This document shows, one piece after another, positions 20,674-32,661 of a stretch of 64,000 bases of DNA. The number at the start of each line of letters is the position of its first letter. Position 1 is the first letter of the stretch. Source of the DNA: an uncultured delta proteobacterium (GTDB lineage Bacteria > Myxococcota > Myxococcia > Myxococcales > Myxococcaceae); NCBI GenBank assembly GCA_963776345.1, contig CAVZMH010000019.1:312884-376883 (forward strand), read 5' to 3'. The notes beneath the pieces were generated by a model, which was not told where the DNA came from, searched no databases, and saw only the letters and a list, made by a program, of their open reading frames with translations. Made by a program: the position numbers and the translations under genes.

Positions 20674-21581
20674 TGCCAGGGAGCCTCCTTCACCTCGAGC
20701 TTGATGCGCCCCGGGACCAGCTGGATCGCCCGGGTCGCCGCGGGGCCGAGCGTCCCGTCGCCCTGCACCGCGCGCACCGTCCAGCGGTACTTGCCGGCCG
20801 GCAGCCCGGGCACGGTCACCACCGGCTGCGCGGTGCGAATGGTGTGGGTCCGCGGCCCTGCGAGCTCCAGAACGTAACCCGTCGCCTCCGGCACCGGCTT
20901 CCAGGCGAAGCGCACCGGGCCGAGGCCGCCCGGCGCAGGCTCCAGGGCGAGCTTCAGGCCCGGCTCCGGCGAGAGAAGGATGGGCGGCTCGCCTCCGGCA
21001 GGGCTGCCCGAGGACTCGCCCTGCGGCGTCCCGGGTGGCTCGCCCCGGATGACGGTGAGCGTCTCGCCGGCGCGGACCGCGCGGGTGCGCCCCTGCGCCT
21101 CGACGCGCACCGGCACGCCCTCGCGCACCGCGACCCGGGTGCGCCCGTCCGGCTCCACCGCCACGGCGAAGTGCGAGCGCTCCTCGCGCGCCTCGGCGAG
21201 CAGCTTCCACGCGCCGTCGGCCTGGGCGGCCGCCTCGGCATAGCGGGCACGGGCGAGGAGCGACTCGGCCTCGGCCAGCCGGGCCTCCGCCTCGGTCCGC
21301 GCGCTGCCGGCCGGGGCCTGCACCACCGCGCTCCGGGCCGAGCCGATGGCCGCCACCGCCCGGGCGCGCTCGGGGCCGGGGACGAGCACCCGGGTGCCCG
21401 CTGCCGGTGCGCCCTGGAGGTGGTTGAACGCGAGGAGCTCCGGCCCGGCGCCCTCGCTCCCGAGCGTGCGCGCGGCGAGCTGGGCCAGTGACTCGCCGGG
21501 GCGGACGACGGTCTCCCCCGTCGGCGGCGCGGTGGCTGCCGAGGCGAGGAGCGCGAGCGCGGCTGCGAGGGCGTGGCTCAC
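20670..21581 (-). CDS. Exported LysM-domain protein with C-terminal FN3-like domain
   Basis: Signal peptide; VVRPGESLAQLAARTLG...ELLAFN; WKPVPEATGYVLE...GKYRWTVRA. Confidence 0.7.
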   Translation of the reverse strand: MSHALAAALALLASAATAPPTGETVVRPGESLAQLAARTLGSEGAGPELLAFNHLQGAPAAGTRVLVPGPERARAVAAIGSARSAVVQAPAGSARTEAEARLAEAESLLARARYAEAAAQADGAWKLLAEAREERSHFAVAVEPDGRTRVAVREGVPVRVEAQGRTRAVRAGETLTVIRGEPPGTPQGESSGSPAGGEPPILLSPEPGLKLALEPAPGGLGPVRFAWKPVPEATGYVLELAGPRTHTIRTAQPVVTVPGLPAGKYRWTVRAVQGDGTLGPAATRAIQLVPGRIKLEVKEAPWQ

Positions 21582-22015
21582 TGGAAGACGATCTCCCGCC
21601 CGGCGCGGACGGTGGCCGCGGGGGTGCCCACGGTGAGGGACTGGTTGGCCGGACGGTCCAGGGTGGCGTCGACCGTTCCGCGGAGCACCGTGACGTCCGC
21701 CTGGGGCCGGCCCGGCGCCGCCCGCGTCTCGGCGATGCCCAAGAGCGTGTCCTCGGAGACGACCACCACCGTGCCCGAGGGGAAGTGCAGCTCGGCCGAG
21801 CCCCCGCGCTCGGTCCGCAGCTTGTCGTCGTCGTAGAGCGCGGTGCCGCTGACCGCCGCCTGCCACTCGTCCCCCGCGGCCCGCTTCACCGACACCGCGC
21901 CGCGCACCTGGGCGAGCGTGGCCCGGACCGATTGCTTCGGGGCGGGGGCGGGCGGAGCCTTGGCGTCCCGGCGACACGCCGGAGCGCACACGAGCAGCGG
22001 CAGGCACAACGCCAT
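21578..22015 (-). CDS. FecR-domain putative lipoprotein
   Basis: Lipobox-like APAC; VRGAVSVKR..W...LYDDDKLRT...SAELHF FecR pattern. Confidence 0.7.
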   Translation of the reverse strand: MALCLPLLVCAPACRRDAKAPPAPAPKQSVRATLAQVRGAVSVKRAAGDEWQAAVSGTALYDDDKLRTERGGSAELHFPSGTVVVVSEDTLLGIAETRAAPGRPQADVTVLRGTVDATLDRPANQSLTVGTPAATVRAGREIVFQ

Positions 22016-22088
22016 CGGAATCCAGGGACAGGACCGGCGCAGGAGTCCGAGTGTACTTCAGGGCGCCAGGGCGCAGCGCGTCGAGGCC

Positions 22089-22892
22089 CTAGCCGCCCAG
22101 CCGGCGGTGCCGCAGGGCGGGGAGGTTCCTCCGCACCCGGGCCAGCAGCTCGGGGTCGAATTCCGCCAGGGCCAGCCCCTCGCCGTCCGAGGCCCGGGCG
22201 ACGACCAGCCCCCACGGGTCGACCACCATGGCGTGCCCGTACGTGACGCGCTGATCCGTGTGCCGCCCGCCCTGCGCAGGTGCGAGGACGTAGGACTGGT
22301 TCTCGATGGCCCGGGCCCGGAGGAGCACCTCCCAGTGGTCCTTGCCGGTCATCAGGGTGAAGGCCGCGGGGACGGTCAGGAGCACCGCGCCGGCCGTGGA
22401 CAGCGCCCGGTACAGCTCGGGGAAGCGCAGGTCGTAGCAGATGCTCAGGCCCACCGTGCCGAACGGCGTCCGGGCCGTGACCGGGCCCTCGCCGGGGGCC
22501 ACCGCGTCGGACTCGCGGTAGCTCGCACCGTCGTTCACCTCGGCGTCGAAGAGGTGGATCTTCCGGTAGACGGCGAGGCGCTCCCCGTCGGGGCCGAACA
22601 GGACGCTGGTGTTGTAGACCCGGCCACCCGGGGCTCCGGCCTCGAGCACCGAGCCCGCCAGGAGGTGGATGGAGAGCTCCCGGGCCAGCTCGGCGAAGCG
22701 CGTCAAGGTCGGCCCATCCAGGCGCTCGGCAGCGGACGGTCGGTCCTTCTCCGACCCCATCCAGGCGACGTTCTCCGGGAGGCCGACGAGCGTGGCGCCT
22801 CGCTCGGCGGCTCGCCGGACGAGCCGGGTGGCGACGTCGAGGTTCCGGGTCCGGTCCGGCCCGGAGGCCATCTGCGCAGCGGCGATCAGCAT
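22089..22892 (-). CDS. Carbon-nitrogen hydrolase (Nit1 / deaminated glutathione amidase-like)
   Basis: LPE, YRKIHLFD, ICYDLRFPE, HWEVLLRARAIENQ. Confidence 0.92.
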   Translation of the reverse strand: MLIAAAQMASGPDRTRNLDVATRLVRRAAERGATLVGLPENVAWMGSEKDRPSAAERLDGPTLTRFAELARELSIHLLAGSVLEAGAPGGRVYNTSVLFGPDGERLAVYRKIHLFDAEVNDGASYRESDAVAPGEGPVTARTPFGTVGLSICYDLRFPELYRALSTAGAVLLTVPAAFTLMTGKDHWEVLLRARAIENQSYVLAPAQGGRHTDQRVTYGHAMVVDPWGLVVARASDGEGLALAEFDPELLARVRRNLPALRHRRLGG

Positions 22893-23019
22893 GGAACCCC
22901 TGGGTGTCGGCGCCCGACTGTAACCTCGGTCGCGCCGGGGCGTCCCCCGCGCCGAACGGTTTGACACGCGAGGGGGCCAGCGGGCATGTGAAGGGTCCCG
23001 TCACCTCAGGAGGTCCGTC

Positions 23020-23202
23020 ATCGCCGCACCTGGAGCCACCAAGCGCCTGAAAGAGCTCGCCCGGCAGCAGAAGCAGCGCGAGAAGGCCGAGAAGCGCGAA
23101 CAGCGGAAGCGGGAGAAGGCCGACCGTCCGACGCCGCAGAGTGGCGAGGACCCGGACATCGCCGGCATCGTCCCCGGACCGCAGCCGCCGCTGGAGTTCT
23201 GA
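23020..23202 (+). CDS. Small basic protein, 60 aa, apparent ATC start (absent from ORF track)
   Basis: AGGAGG at 23008-23013, ATC 6 nt later; reads IAAPGATKRLKELARQQKQREKAEKRE...EDPDIAGIVPGPQPPLEF* with host-like codon use. Confidence 0.7.
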   Translation: MAAPGATKRLKELARQQKQREKAEKREQRKREKADRPTPQSGEDPDIAGIVPGPQPPLEF

Positions 23203-23348
23203 CGCCCGGGGACGGGGCCCGCGCGCCTCATCTGGAATCTGCCCGAAGTCCGGGCGCTTCCGCGGATGGGCAGGCCCTGTTCGCCTTGCGCCGGTGCGCC
23301 CCCACGTGGTAGGCAGCCCGGCGACATTTTTCGATCGGAAGCACCTCG

Positions 23349-23375
23349 AAAAGTGGGCCCCGTGCCCGCTTTTTT
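23349..23375 (+). promoter_or_regulatory. rimP leader hairpin with U-tract (terminator/attenuator-like)
   Basis: AAAAGTGGGC-CCCGT-GCCCGCTTTTTT directly upstream of rimP. Confidence 0.65.
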
Positions 23376-23393
23376 CGTTTCTAGCGCTCACCC

Positions 23394-23900
23394 ATGGCCG
23401 AGAGCACCCACCGACAGGACGTCGTGTCCCGCGCCGAGGCGCTGGTGGAGCCCGTGGTGCGTGCCGAGGGCCTGGAGCTGATCGAGCTCGAGTACGTCCG
23501 CGAGCCGGCGGGCTGGGTGCTCCGGCTGTTCGTCGACCGGCCCGGGCGTGACCCGATGTCGAAGGAGGGCGGGGTCGGCCTGGAGGAGTGCGCGCAGGTC
23601 TCGCACGCGGTGGAGACCGCGCTCGAGGTGGAGGACCTGGTCCCCCACGCGTACTCGCTCGAGGTCAGCAGCCCCGGGATCAACCGGCCGCTGCGGCGCG
23701 CGGAACACTTCGCGAAGGTGGTGGGGCAGCGGGTCAAGGTGAAGACCTACGGCCCGGTGGGTCAGCCTCCGCGGAAGAGCTTTTCTGGCGTCCTGTTGCA
23801 ATCGGGCGCGTCGGACATCACGGTGCAGGTCGAGGGCGGAGGGGCGTTCCACATCCCCTTGCGCGATATCGCCAAGGCGAACCTCGACTTCGAGTTCTAG
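23394..23900 (+). CDS. rimP: Ribosome maturation factor
   Basis: LRLFVDR, EECAQVS, YSLEVSSPGINRPL. Confidence 0.96.
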   Translation: MAESTHRQDVVSRAEALVEPVVRAEGLELIELEYVREPAGWVLRLFVDRPGRDPMSKEGGVGLEECAQVSHAVETALEVEDLVPHAYSLEVSSPGINRPLRRAEHFAKVVGQRVKVKTYGPVGQPPRKSFSGVLLQSGASDITVQVEGGGAFHIPLRDIAKANLDFEF

Positions 23901-23931
23901 AGACATTCCCCGAGGAACCGGAACGACCCCC

Positions 23932-25635
23932 ATGGCGACGCCCAGCACTCCGTCCGTCAATCTCAACCTGGTCCTGGAGCAGGTGGCCAAGGACAAGGGC
24001 ATCGACAAGAGCGTTCTGGTCGCGACCCTCGAGGACGCGATGCAGACCGCGGCCAAGAAGCACTTCGGTCAGGACCGGAACCTCGAGGCCAAGTACGAGA
24101 CCGAGAAGGGCGTGGTGGAGCTCTTCCAGGCGGTGACCGTGGTGGAGCAGATCACCGACCCCATCCAGGCGGTGAACCAGCTCACCCTCGACGAGGCGCG
24201 GAAGAAGGGGATGGAGGTCGAGCCCGGCGACGAGCTGGTGTTCCAGATCTTCTACCGCGACGAGGACGCCGCCGAGGCCAAGGCCCAGGACGACCAGTAC
24301 GGCGACATCCTCAAGCTCCGGACCTTCCGGCACGGCTTCGGCCGCATCGCCGCCCAGACCGCCAAGCAGGTGATCCTGCAACGCACCCGGGATGCGGAGC
24401 GGGAGAACGTCTACAACGAGTACAAGGACCGCCGGAACGAAATCGTCACCGGCATCGCCCGGCGCTTCGAGCGGGGGAACATCATCGTCGACCTCGGCCG
24501 CGCCGAGGCGGTGCTCCCGGTGCGCGAGCAGGTGCCGCGCGAGACCTACCGCGCCGGCGACCGGGTGCAGGCCTACGTCCTCGACGTGCTCCGCGAGTCC
24601 AAGGGCCCGCAGATCATCCTCAGCCGGGCATCGGTGAACCTCCTCACCAAGCTGTTCGAGATGGAGGTCCCGGAGATCGCCGAGGGCATCGTGGTCATCG
24701 AGGCCGCGGCCCGCGAGCCGGGCGGCCGGGCGAAGATCGCCGTCAGCAGCCGCGACCCGGACGTGGACCCGGTCGGCGCCTGCGTGGGCATGAAGGGCAG
24801 CCGGGTGCAGGCGGTGGTCCAGGAGCTCCGGGGCGAGAAGATCGACATCGTGCCCTGGGACGAGGACCCGGCCCGCTTCGTCTGCGCGGCGCTGGCCCCG
24901 GCCGAGGTGGCCCGGGTCATCATCGACGAGGCCAACCACGCCATGGAGCTCATCGTCCCCGACGACCAGCTGTCCCTGGCCATCGGGCGGCGCGGCCAGA
25001 ACGTGCGGCTCGCGGCCCAGCTCACCGGCTGGAAGCTGGACATCAACAGCGAGACCCGGGTGCGCGAGATGCGCGAGTTCGCCACCCGCTCGCTGGGTTC
25101 GCTCCCCGGCGTCACCGAGATGCTGGTGGAGACGCTCTACGCCCACGGCTTCCGGCAGGCGCGCGACGTGGCCGAGGCCTCGCCCGAGGTGCTGGCGCAG
25201 ATCCCGGGGCTCGACCCGGCGCGCATCCCGGCCATGCAGGAGCAGGCCAAGAAGCAGATGGTGGACGACGAGATCGAGCTCCGCCGCCTGGAGATGGAGC
25301 GCGAGCAGGCGCGCGCCATCGAGGCCCGCCGCCACCCGGACGAGCTCTCGCCAGCCGAACGGCTGATGCGGGTCCGCGGGATGAGCGAGAAGACCATCGA
25401 GCAGCTGGCGATCGCCGGCTACAAGACGGTGGAGGATCTGGTGGCGGAGAAGGACATCGCCAAGCTCGGCGACGCCCCCGGGGTGGGCATCAAGAAGGCC
25501 CGCCAGCTCAAGAGCGCCGCCGAGAGCTATCTGTTAGAGGAGGCGAAGCTGCGCGCCGAGCTCGACGCCGAGCGCGCGGCCCTGGGCGCCTCCGCATCGG
25601 TCCCCCCGCCAGCCGAGGAGGCGAAAGCGCCCTGA
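23932..25635 (+). CDS. nusA: Transcription termination/antitermination factor
   Basis: FGRIAAQTAKQV, DPVGACVGMKGSRV, AIGRRGQNVRLA, C-terminal HhH repeats. Confidence 0.98.
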   Translation: MATPSTPSVNLNLVLEQVAKDKGIDKSVLVATLEDAMQTAAKKHFGQDRNLEAKYETEKGVVELFQAVTVVEQITDPIQAVNQLTLDEARKKGMEVEPGDELVFQIFYRDEDAAEAKAQDDQYGDILKLRTFRHGFGRIAAQTAKQVILQRTRDAERENVYNEYKDRRNEIVTGIARRFERGNIIVDLGRAEAVLPVREQVPRETYRAGDRVQAYVLDVLRESKGPQIILSRASVNLLTKLFEMEVPEIAEGIVVIEAAAREPGGRAKIAVSSRDPDVDPVGACVGMKGSRVQAVVQELRGEKIDIVPWDEDPARFVCAALAPAEVARVIIDEANHAMELIVPDDQLSLAIGRRGQNVRLAAQLTGWKLDINSETRVREMREFATRSLGSLPGVTEMLVETLYAHGFRQARDVAEASPEVLAQIPGLDPARIPAMQEQAKKQMVDDEIELRRLEMEREQARAIEARRHPDELSPAERLMRVRGMSEKTIEQLAIAGYKTVEDLVAEKDIAKLGDAPGVGIKKARQLKSAAESYLLEEAKLRAELDAERAALGASASVPPPAEEAKAP

Positions 25636-25892
25636 GCAGGGAGCCCGAGAGAACGTGCATCGGGTGCGGGACCAAGCGTCCCCAGCGTGAACTGAGGCGG
25701 CTCTGCCTGTCGAGCGAGGGCGAGCTGTTGTGGGACCGAGACCGACGAGCGCCAGGACGGGGCGCTTACCTCTGCGGCGCAGGCTGTCTGACCGCGGCGG
25801 TGAGCCGGAAGTCGCTGGGGCGGGCTTTCCGGGGGCGGGTGACCGGCGGGCTCGAGGCGGTGCAGAGAGAGCTGATCGCCTCCGAGGGTTAA
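25632..25892 (+). CDS. ylxR: YlxR (DUF448) family RNA-binding protein, apparent CTG start
   Basis: Manual translation LSREPERTCIGC...ELRRL...PGRGAYLC...C...LGRAFR; lies between nusA and infB. Confidence 0.85.
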   Translation: MSREPERTCIGCGTKRPQRELRRLCLSSEGELLWDRDRRAPGRGAYLCGAGCLTAAVSRKSLGRAFRGRVTGGLEAVQRELIASEG

Positions 25893-25943
25893 GTCCAGGG
25901 CGCAGGTGGGGTAGAAGGCAGACGCTGTTTCGAAGGGGTCTGG

Positions 25944-28949
<3,006 letters not shown>

Positions 28950-28984
28950 GGCCGGGCCGTCTCTCCCTCAGGACGGCTGTCGTC

Positions 28985-29503
28985 ATGTTCGTCGGCGTCG
29001 CACGCCTCACTCTGCAGATCGCGGACTCCGGCTCGCTGAAGTCGAAGCGCCAGGTGCTCCGGCGCGTCACCGACCGGCTGAAGGCCCGGTTCAACGTCTC
29101 GGTCGCCGAGGTGGAGGACCAGGACCTCTGGCAACGGGCCACCATCGCCCTGGCGGTGGTGAGCGCCGACCGGCGGCATGTGGACGAGCAGATCCAGAAG
29201 ATTCTCCACTTCGTCGAGGAGATGTACGTCGCCCCGCTGATCAGCCGGGAGCTGGAGATCCTCGCCTTCGGCGATCAGCTCTTCGGCGGCGGCCCCCCGG
29301 ACGACGGGAGCACGCTCGAGCTCCCCTTCGCCCGGGAGGACCGGAGCCTCGCCGAGGCCGAGGGGATGGCGGAGTGGGAGAGGCGGCCCGGCGCGCTGGT
29401 CCAGGGCCGGCCGGGGTCCCGGGGCGGGGGAGACCTCCCTCTGTCCGAGGCCCGGGCTCGGGCGCGGAAGCTGCGCAACAAGCGCGAGTGGGAGAAGCCC
29501 TGA
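28985..29503 (+). CDS. DUF503 (YlxP) family protein with C-terminal extension
   Basis: SLKSKRQV...[17 protein letters not shown]. Confidence 0.88.
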   Translation: MFVGVARLTLQIADSGSLKSKRQVLRRVTDRLKARFNVSVAEVEDQDLWQRATIALAVVSADRRHVDEQIQKILHFVEEMYVAPLISRELEILAFGDQLFGGGPPDDGSTLELPFAREDRSLAEAEGMAEWERRPGALVQGRPGSRGGGDLPLSEARARARKLRNKREWEKP

Positions 29504-29522
29504 TGGGGCCGGGAGGTGTGCG

Positions 29523-29882
29523 ATGAGCGTGCCCGGACGGCCCGAGCGGGTGGGGGCGGAGATCCAGGCCGCGGTGGGCGAGCTGCTCTCACGGGGCGAC
29601 CTCCGCGACCCACGCATCGGCTACATCACCATCACCGGGGTGAAGATGAGCCCCGACCTCCGGGTGGCCCAGGTCTACTGGTCGTCGCTGGGGACCGAGG
29701 CCGAGCGGGAGGAGACCCAGGCCGGGCTGGACGCGGCCAAGGGCTTCGTCCGCCGCGAGGTGACCGCCCGGGTCAAGCTCCGGGTCTCGCCCGAGGTCTT
29801 CTTCGTCTTCGACAAGAGCGTGGGCGAGGGCGACAAGATCGACCGCCTGCTGCGGGAAGTGAAGACGAAAGAGGGATGGTGA
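29523..29882 (+). CDS. rbfA: Ribosome-binding factor A
   Basis: RPERV, DPRIG.ITITGV.MSPDL, LRVSPE..F.FD. Confidence 0.95.
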   Translation: MSVPGRPERVGAEIQAAVGELLSRGDLRDPRIGYITITGVKMSPDLRVAQVYWSSLGTEAEREETQAGLDAAKGFVRREVTARVKLRVSPEVFFVFDKSVGEGDKIDRLLREVKTKEGW

Positions 29883-29931
29883 GCCCGCGCCGGAGGGTTA
29901 CACTTCCGGGTCGAGGGCGGCCCCCTCCTCC

Positions 29932-30825
29932 ATGCACGGCGTTCTGGTCATCGACAAGCCCCAGGGCCCCACCTCCTTCGAGGTCGTCCGCCGGGTGCGG
30001 TCGGCCCTGGCGCTGAAGCGCGCCGGGCACACCGGCACGCTCGATCCGATGGCCACCGGCGTGCTCCCGGTCTGCCTGGGCGAGGCCACCAAGCTGGCGG
30101 GGCTCCTGACCGAGGGGGACAAGGCGTACGACGCCGTGGTGCGGCTGGGGCTGGTGACCGACACCCAGGACGTCACCGGGACGGTGCTGGAGACCCATCC
30201 GGTCCCCCCGCTCTCGGCCGAGGTTCTCGAGTCCGCGCTCCGGAAGTTCCGGGGCACGTTCAGCCAGGTCCCGCCCATGTACTCGGCGGTGAAGGTGAAG
30301 GGGAAGCGGCTGTACGAGCGCGCCCGGGCCGGCGAGTCGGTGGAGCGGACGCCCCGGCAGGTGACGGTGCACAGCCTGGTGCTCCGCGACTTCTCCGCCT
30401 CGGAGTGCACGCTCTCCGTGCGTTGCTCGAAGGGCTTCTTCGTGCGGACGCTCGCCGAGGAGCTTGGCCGGGCGCTGGGCTGCGGCGGCGCGCTGAAGAG
30501 CCTGCGCCGCACGGCCAGCGGCCCCTTCGGCCTCGACCGCGCGCTCCCGCTCTCGACGGTGGAGGCGCTCGGCGTGTCCGGTCCGGCGGGCCGTGCGCAG
30601 CTCGAGGCGCGGATCGTCTCCATGGCGGACGCGCTGCCCGAGCTCGCGGCGGTCCGGGTCTTCGAGCGGGACGTCCCCCGGGTGCTCCACGGCGTGCCGC
30701 TGGTGCTGGGCCCGGAGGCGCCCGCCGGGCGGGTGCGGGTGCTGGGCCCCGACGGAGCGCTGCTCGCGGTGGGCGAGGTCCACGAGGGCCGGCTCGGCTA
30801 CGTCCGGGTGGTGGTCCCCCGGTGA
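29932..30825 (+). CDS. truB: tRNA pseudouridine(55) synthase
   Basis: GHTGTLDPMATGVL, QVPPMYSAVK, CSKGFFVRTL. Confidence 0.97.
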   Translation: MHGVLVIDKPQGPTSFEVVRRVRSALALKRAGHTGTLDPMATGVLPVCLGEATKLAGLLTEGDKAYDAVVRLGLVTDTQDVTGTVLETHPVPPLSAEVLESALRKFRGTFSQVPPMYSAVKVKGKRLYERARAGESVERTPRQVTVHSLVLRDFSASECTLSVRCSKGFFVRTLAEELGRALGCGGALKSLRRTASGPFGLDRALPLSTVEALGVSGPAGRAQLEARIVSMADALPELAAVRVFERDVPRVLHGVPLVLGPEAPAGRVRVLGPDGALLAVGEVHEGRLGYVRVVVPR

Positions 30826-31100
30826 ACGTCACCGTCCTGGTGCCCTCCACGCTCCGCTCCGCCGTGGACGGCAAGCACAAGCTCGACCTCGGCGTGCCCG
30901 CGGGCTCCGGGGTGGGCGAGGTGCTGCAGACCTTGCTCACCCTCTACCCGAAGCTGCGCTCGGCGATGGCCAGCGAGACCCGCCTCCGTCGCCAGCAGCT
31001 GACGGTGGTGGTCGAGCCGCGCTCGGTGCTCCGCGGCGGCAGAGACGGCGTCCGGGTGTGGCTCTTCGCCGCGCCGGCCTCGGCCGAGCTCGCCGGCTAG
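30822..31100 (+). CDS. Small MoaD/ThiS-like (beta-grasp) protein
   Basis: GTG overlaps the truB stop; VTVLVPSTLR..VDG...VGEVL..L...YPKL pattern; ends in AG, not GG. Confidence 0.55.
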   Translation: MNVTVLVPSTLRSAVDGKHKLDLGVPAGSGVGEVLQTLLTLYPKLRSAMASETRLRRQQLTVVVEPRSVLRGGRDGVRVWLFAAPASAELAG

Positions 31101-31789
31101 AACGTGAGCCGGGCCGAGAGCCCGGCGAATCCCGGGGCGACCGCCGGCAGGATCTCGAGTCGTGCACCCGTCGCTCCGTGGCTCCGGCCGAGCGCGCGGT
31201 TGTAGTCGGTCGCCAGCTGCAGCGTCTCCTCCCGGGGGGTGACCATCTCCGGCGTGCTGACGCCCCAGACGATAAACGCCCCGCCCAGGGCGACCCCGGC
31301 GCCGATCAGCAGCGCGCCCGCCGTGGTGGCCTTGCTCGACTGCTCGACGCAGCTCTTGTAGACGTCCGGGCCCCGGGCCAGGCAGTCGGGGGAGCTGGTG
31401 TCCGGACCGCTGGCCATCACCAGGAGCCCGCTCACCAGCCCCGCGACGATGGTCAGGCCGCCGCCGGACATCAGCCAGATCCGCTGCCGGGTGCGCTCGT
31501 CGGCTGCGGCCGCGAGGTCCGGCCGGCCGATGCGGCTGTAGAAGTCGAAGGCGGAGATGGGCTTGCCGCCGAGGGTGACCCGGTTGTCGCGTCCATCCAC
31601 CCGGATGAACGCGTCGAGGAAGGCGTCCCGCTCGGGGCCCTCCGGAGGCAACGGCACGTAGGTCGACTCGCCGCGCCGGGCGTCGGGGCCGGTGGAGTCG
31701 ATGAGGATCTCGCCCGCGCCCGGGCGGGCCTGCGCGAGGACGGGTTGGCTGCTCCCCACGGCCAGCACCAGCAACACGCTCCAGCCCAT
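31097..31789 (-). CDS. Exported/membrane protein, paralog 3 of 3 (230 aa)
   Basis: Signal peptide, [20 protein letters not shown]10C-TM, C-terminal ARLTF. Confidence 0.8.
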   Translation of the reverse strand: MGWSVLLVLAVGSSQPVLAQARPGAGEILIDSTGPDARRGESTYVPLPPEGPERDAFLDAFIRVDGRDNRVTLGGKPISAFDFYSRIGRPDLAAAADERTRQRIWLMSGGGLTIVAGLVSGLLVMASGPDTSSPDCLARGPDVYKSCVEQSSKATTAGALLIGAGVALGGAFIVWGVSTPEMVTPREETLQLATDYNRALGRSHGATGARLEILPAVAPGFAGLSARLTF

Positions 31790-31897
31790 GACGCCCCCCC
31801 GGGTTCGACCCAGTCCCGGGAGAGCGTGCCAGAGGCCTGGCCGCCCGACCACTTCCGGAGTCCGTCCGGCGGCGCGGACGATCTAGAAGCGGACGGC

Positions 31898-32590
31898 CTA
31901 GAAGGTGAGCCGCGCGACGAGGCCGCCGTACCCCGGCCCGAATGCCGGCAGCACCCGGAGCTTCACCTCGGTGGCCCCGTGCTTCCGGGCGAGGGCGCGG
32001 TTGTACTCGGTCGCCAGCGCGAGGGTCTGTGCAGGCTCGGTCACCATCTCGGGGGTGGACATCCCCCAGACGATGAGCACTCCGCCCACCGCGAGGCCGG
32101 CACCGATGAGCAGCGCCCCGGTCATCTGGGCCTTCTCCGCCCGGTTGAGGCAGTCGTTGTACACGGCGGGAGGGCCGGTCAGGCACTCGGGGGAGCTGGT
32201 GTTCGGGCCGCTGGTCATCAAGAGGGCGCCGGTCACCACGCCGGCGACGATGGCCAGTCCCCCGCCGGACATCAGCCAGATCCGCTGGCGGGTGCGATCC
32301 TCGGACCAGGCGACGAGGTCGGGGCGATCCACCCGCTGGTAGAACTCCCGGGCGGGGAGGGGCTTCGTCCCGAGCGCGACCTCGTTCCTCATCATGTCCA
32401 CCGAGATCGCCTCGGCGACGAACGCGTCCCGCCCCGGGCCGGGCGGGGGCAACGGCACGTTGGTGGTCAGCTCCCGCTCGATCGTCTTCGGCTGCTTCGA
32501 GTCGATGATGATCTCCTCCGGTCCCGGCTGCGGCTGAGCCAGCGCCGGAGCTGCGCACCCCAGGATGACGACCAGCACCCACCTGCGCAT
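31898..32590 (-). CDS. Exported/membrane protein, paralog 2 of 3 (230 aa)
   Basis: Start MRRWVLVVILG at 32590; same motifs; ends ARLTF. Confidence 0.8.
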   Translation of the reverse strand: MRRWVLVVILGCAAPALAQPQPGPEEIIIDSKQPKTIERELTTNVPLPPPGPGRDAFVAEAISVDMMRNEVALGTKPLPAREFYQRVDRPDLVAWSEDRTRQRIWLMSGGGLAIVAGVVTGALLMTSGPNTSSPECLTGPPAVYNDCLNRAEKAQMTGALLIGAGLAVGGVLIVWGMSTPEMVTEPAQTLALATEYNRALARKHGATEVKLRVLPAFGPGYGGLVARLTF

Positions 32591-32661
32591 CGAGGTTCTC
32601 CCGTCGAGACGTGTGATGCGTGGCAGGGCTCCTGCCACGCGGTACCAGAGCCAGAGTCCAC

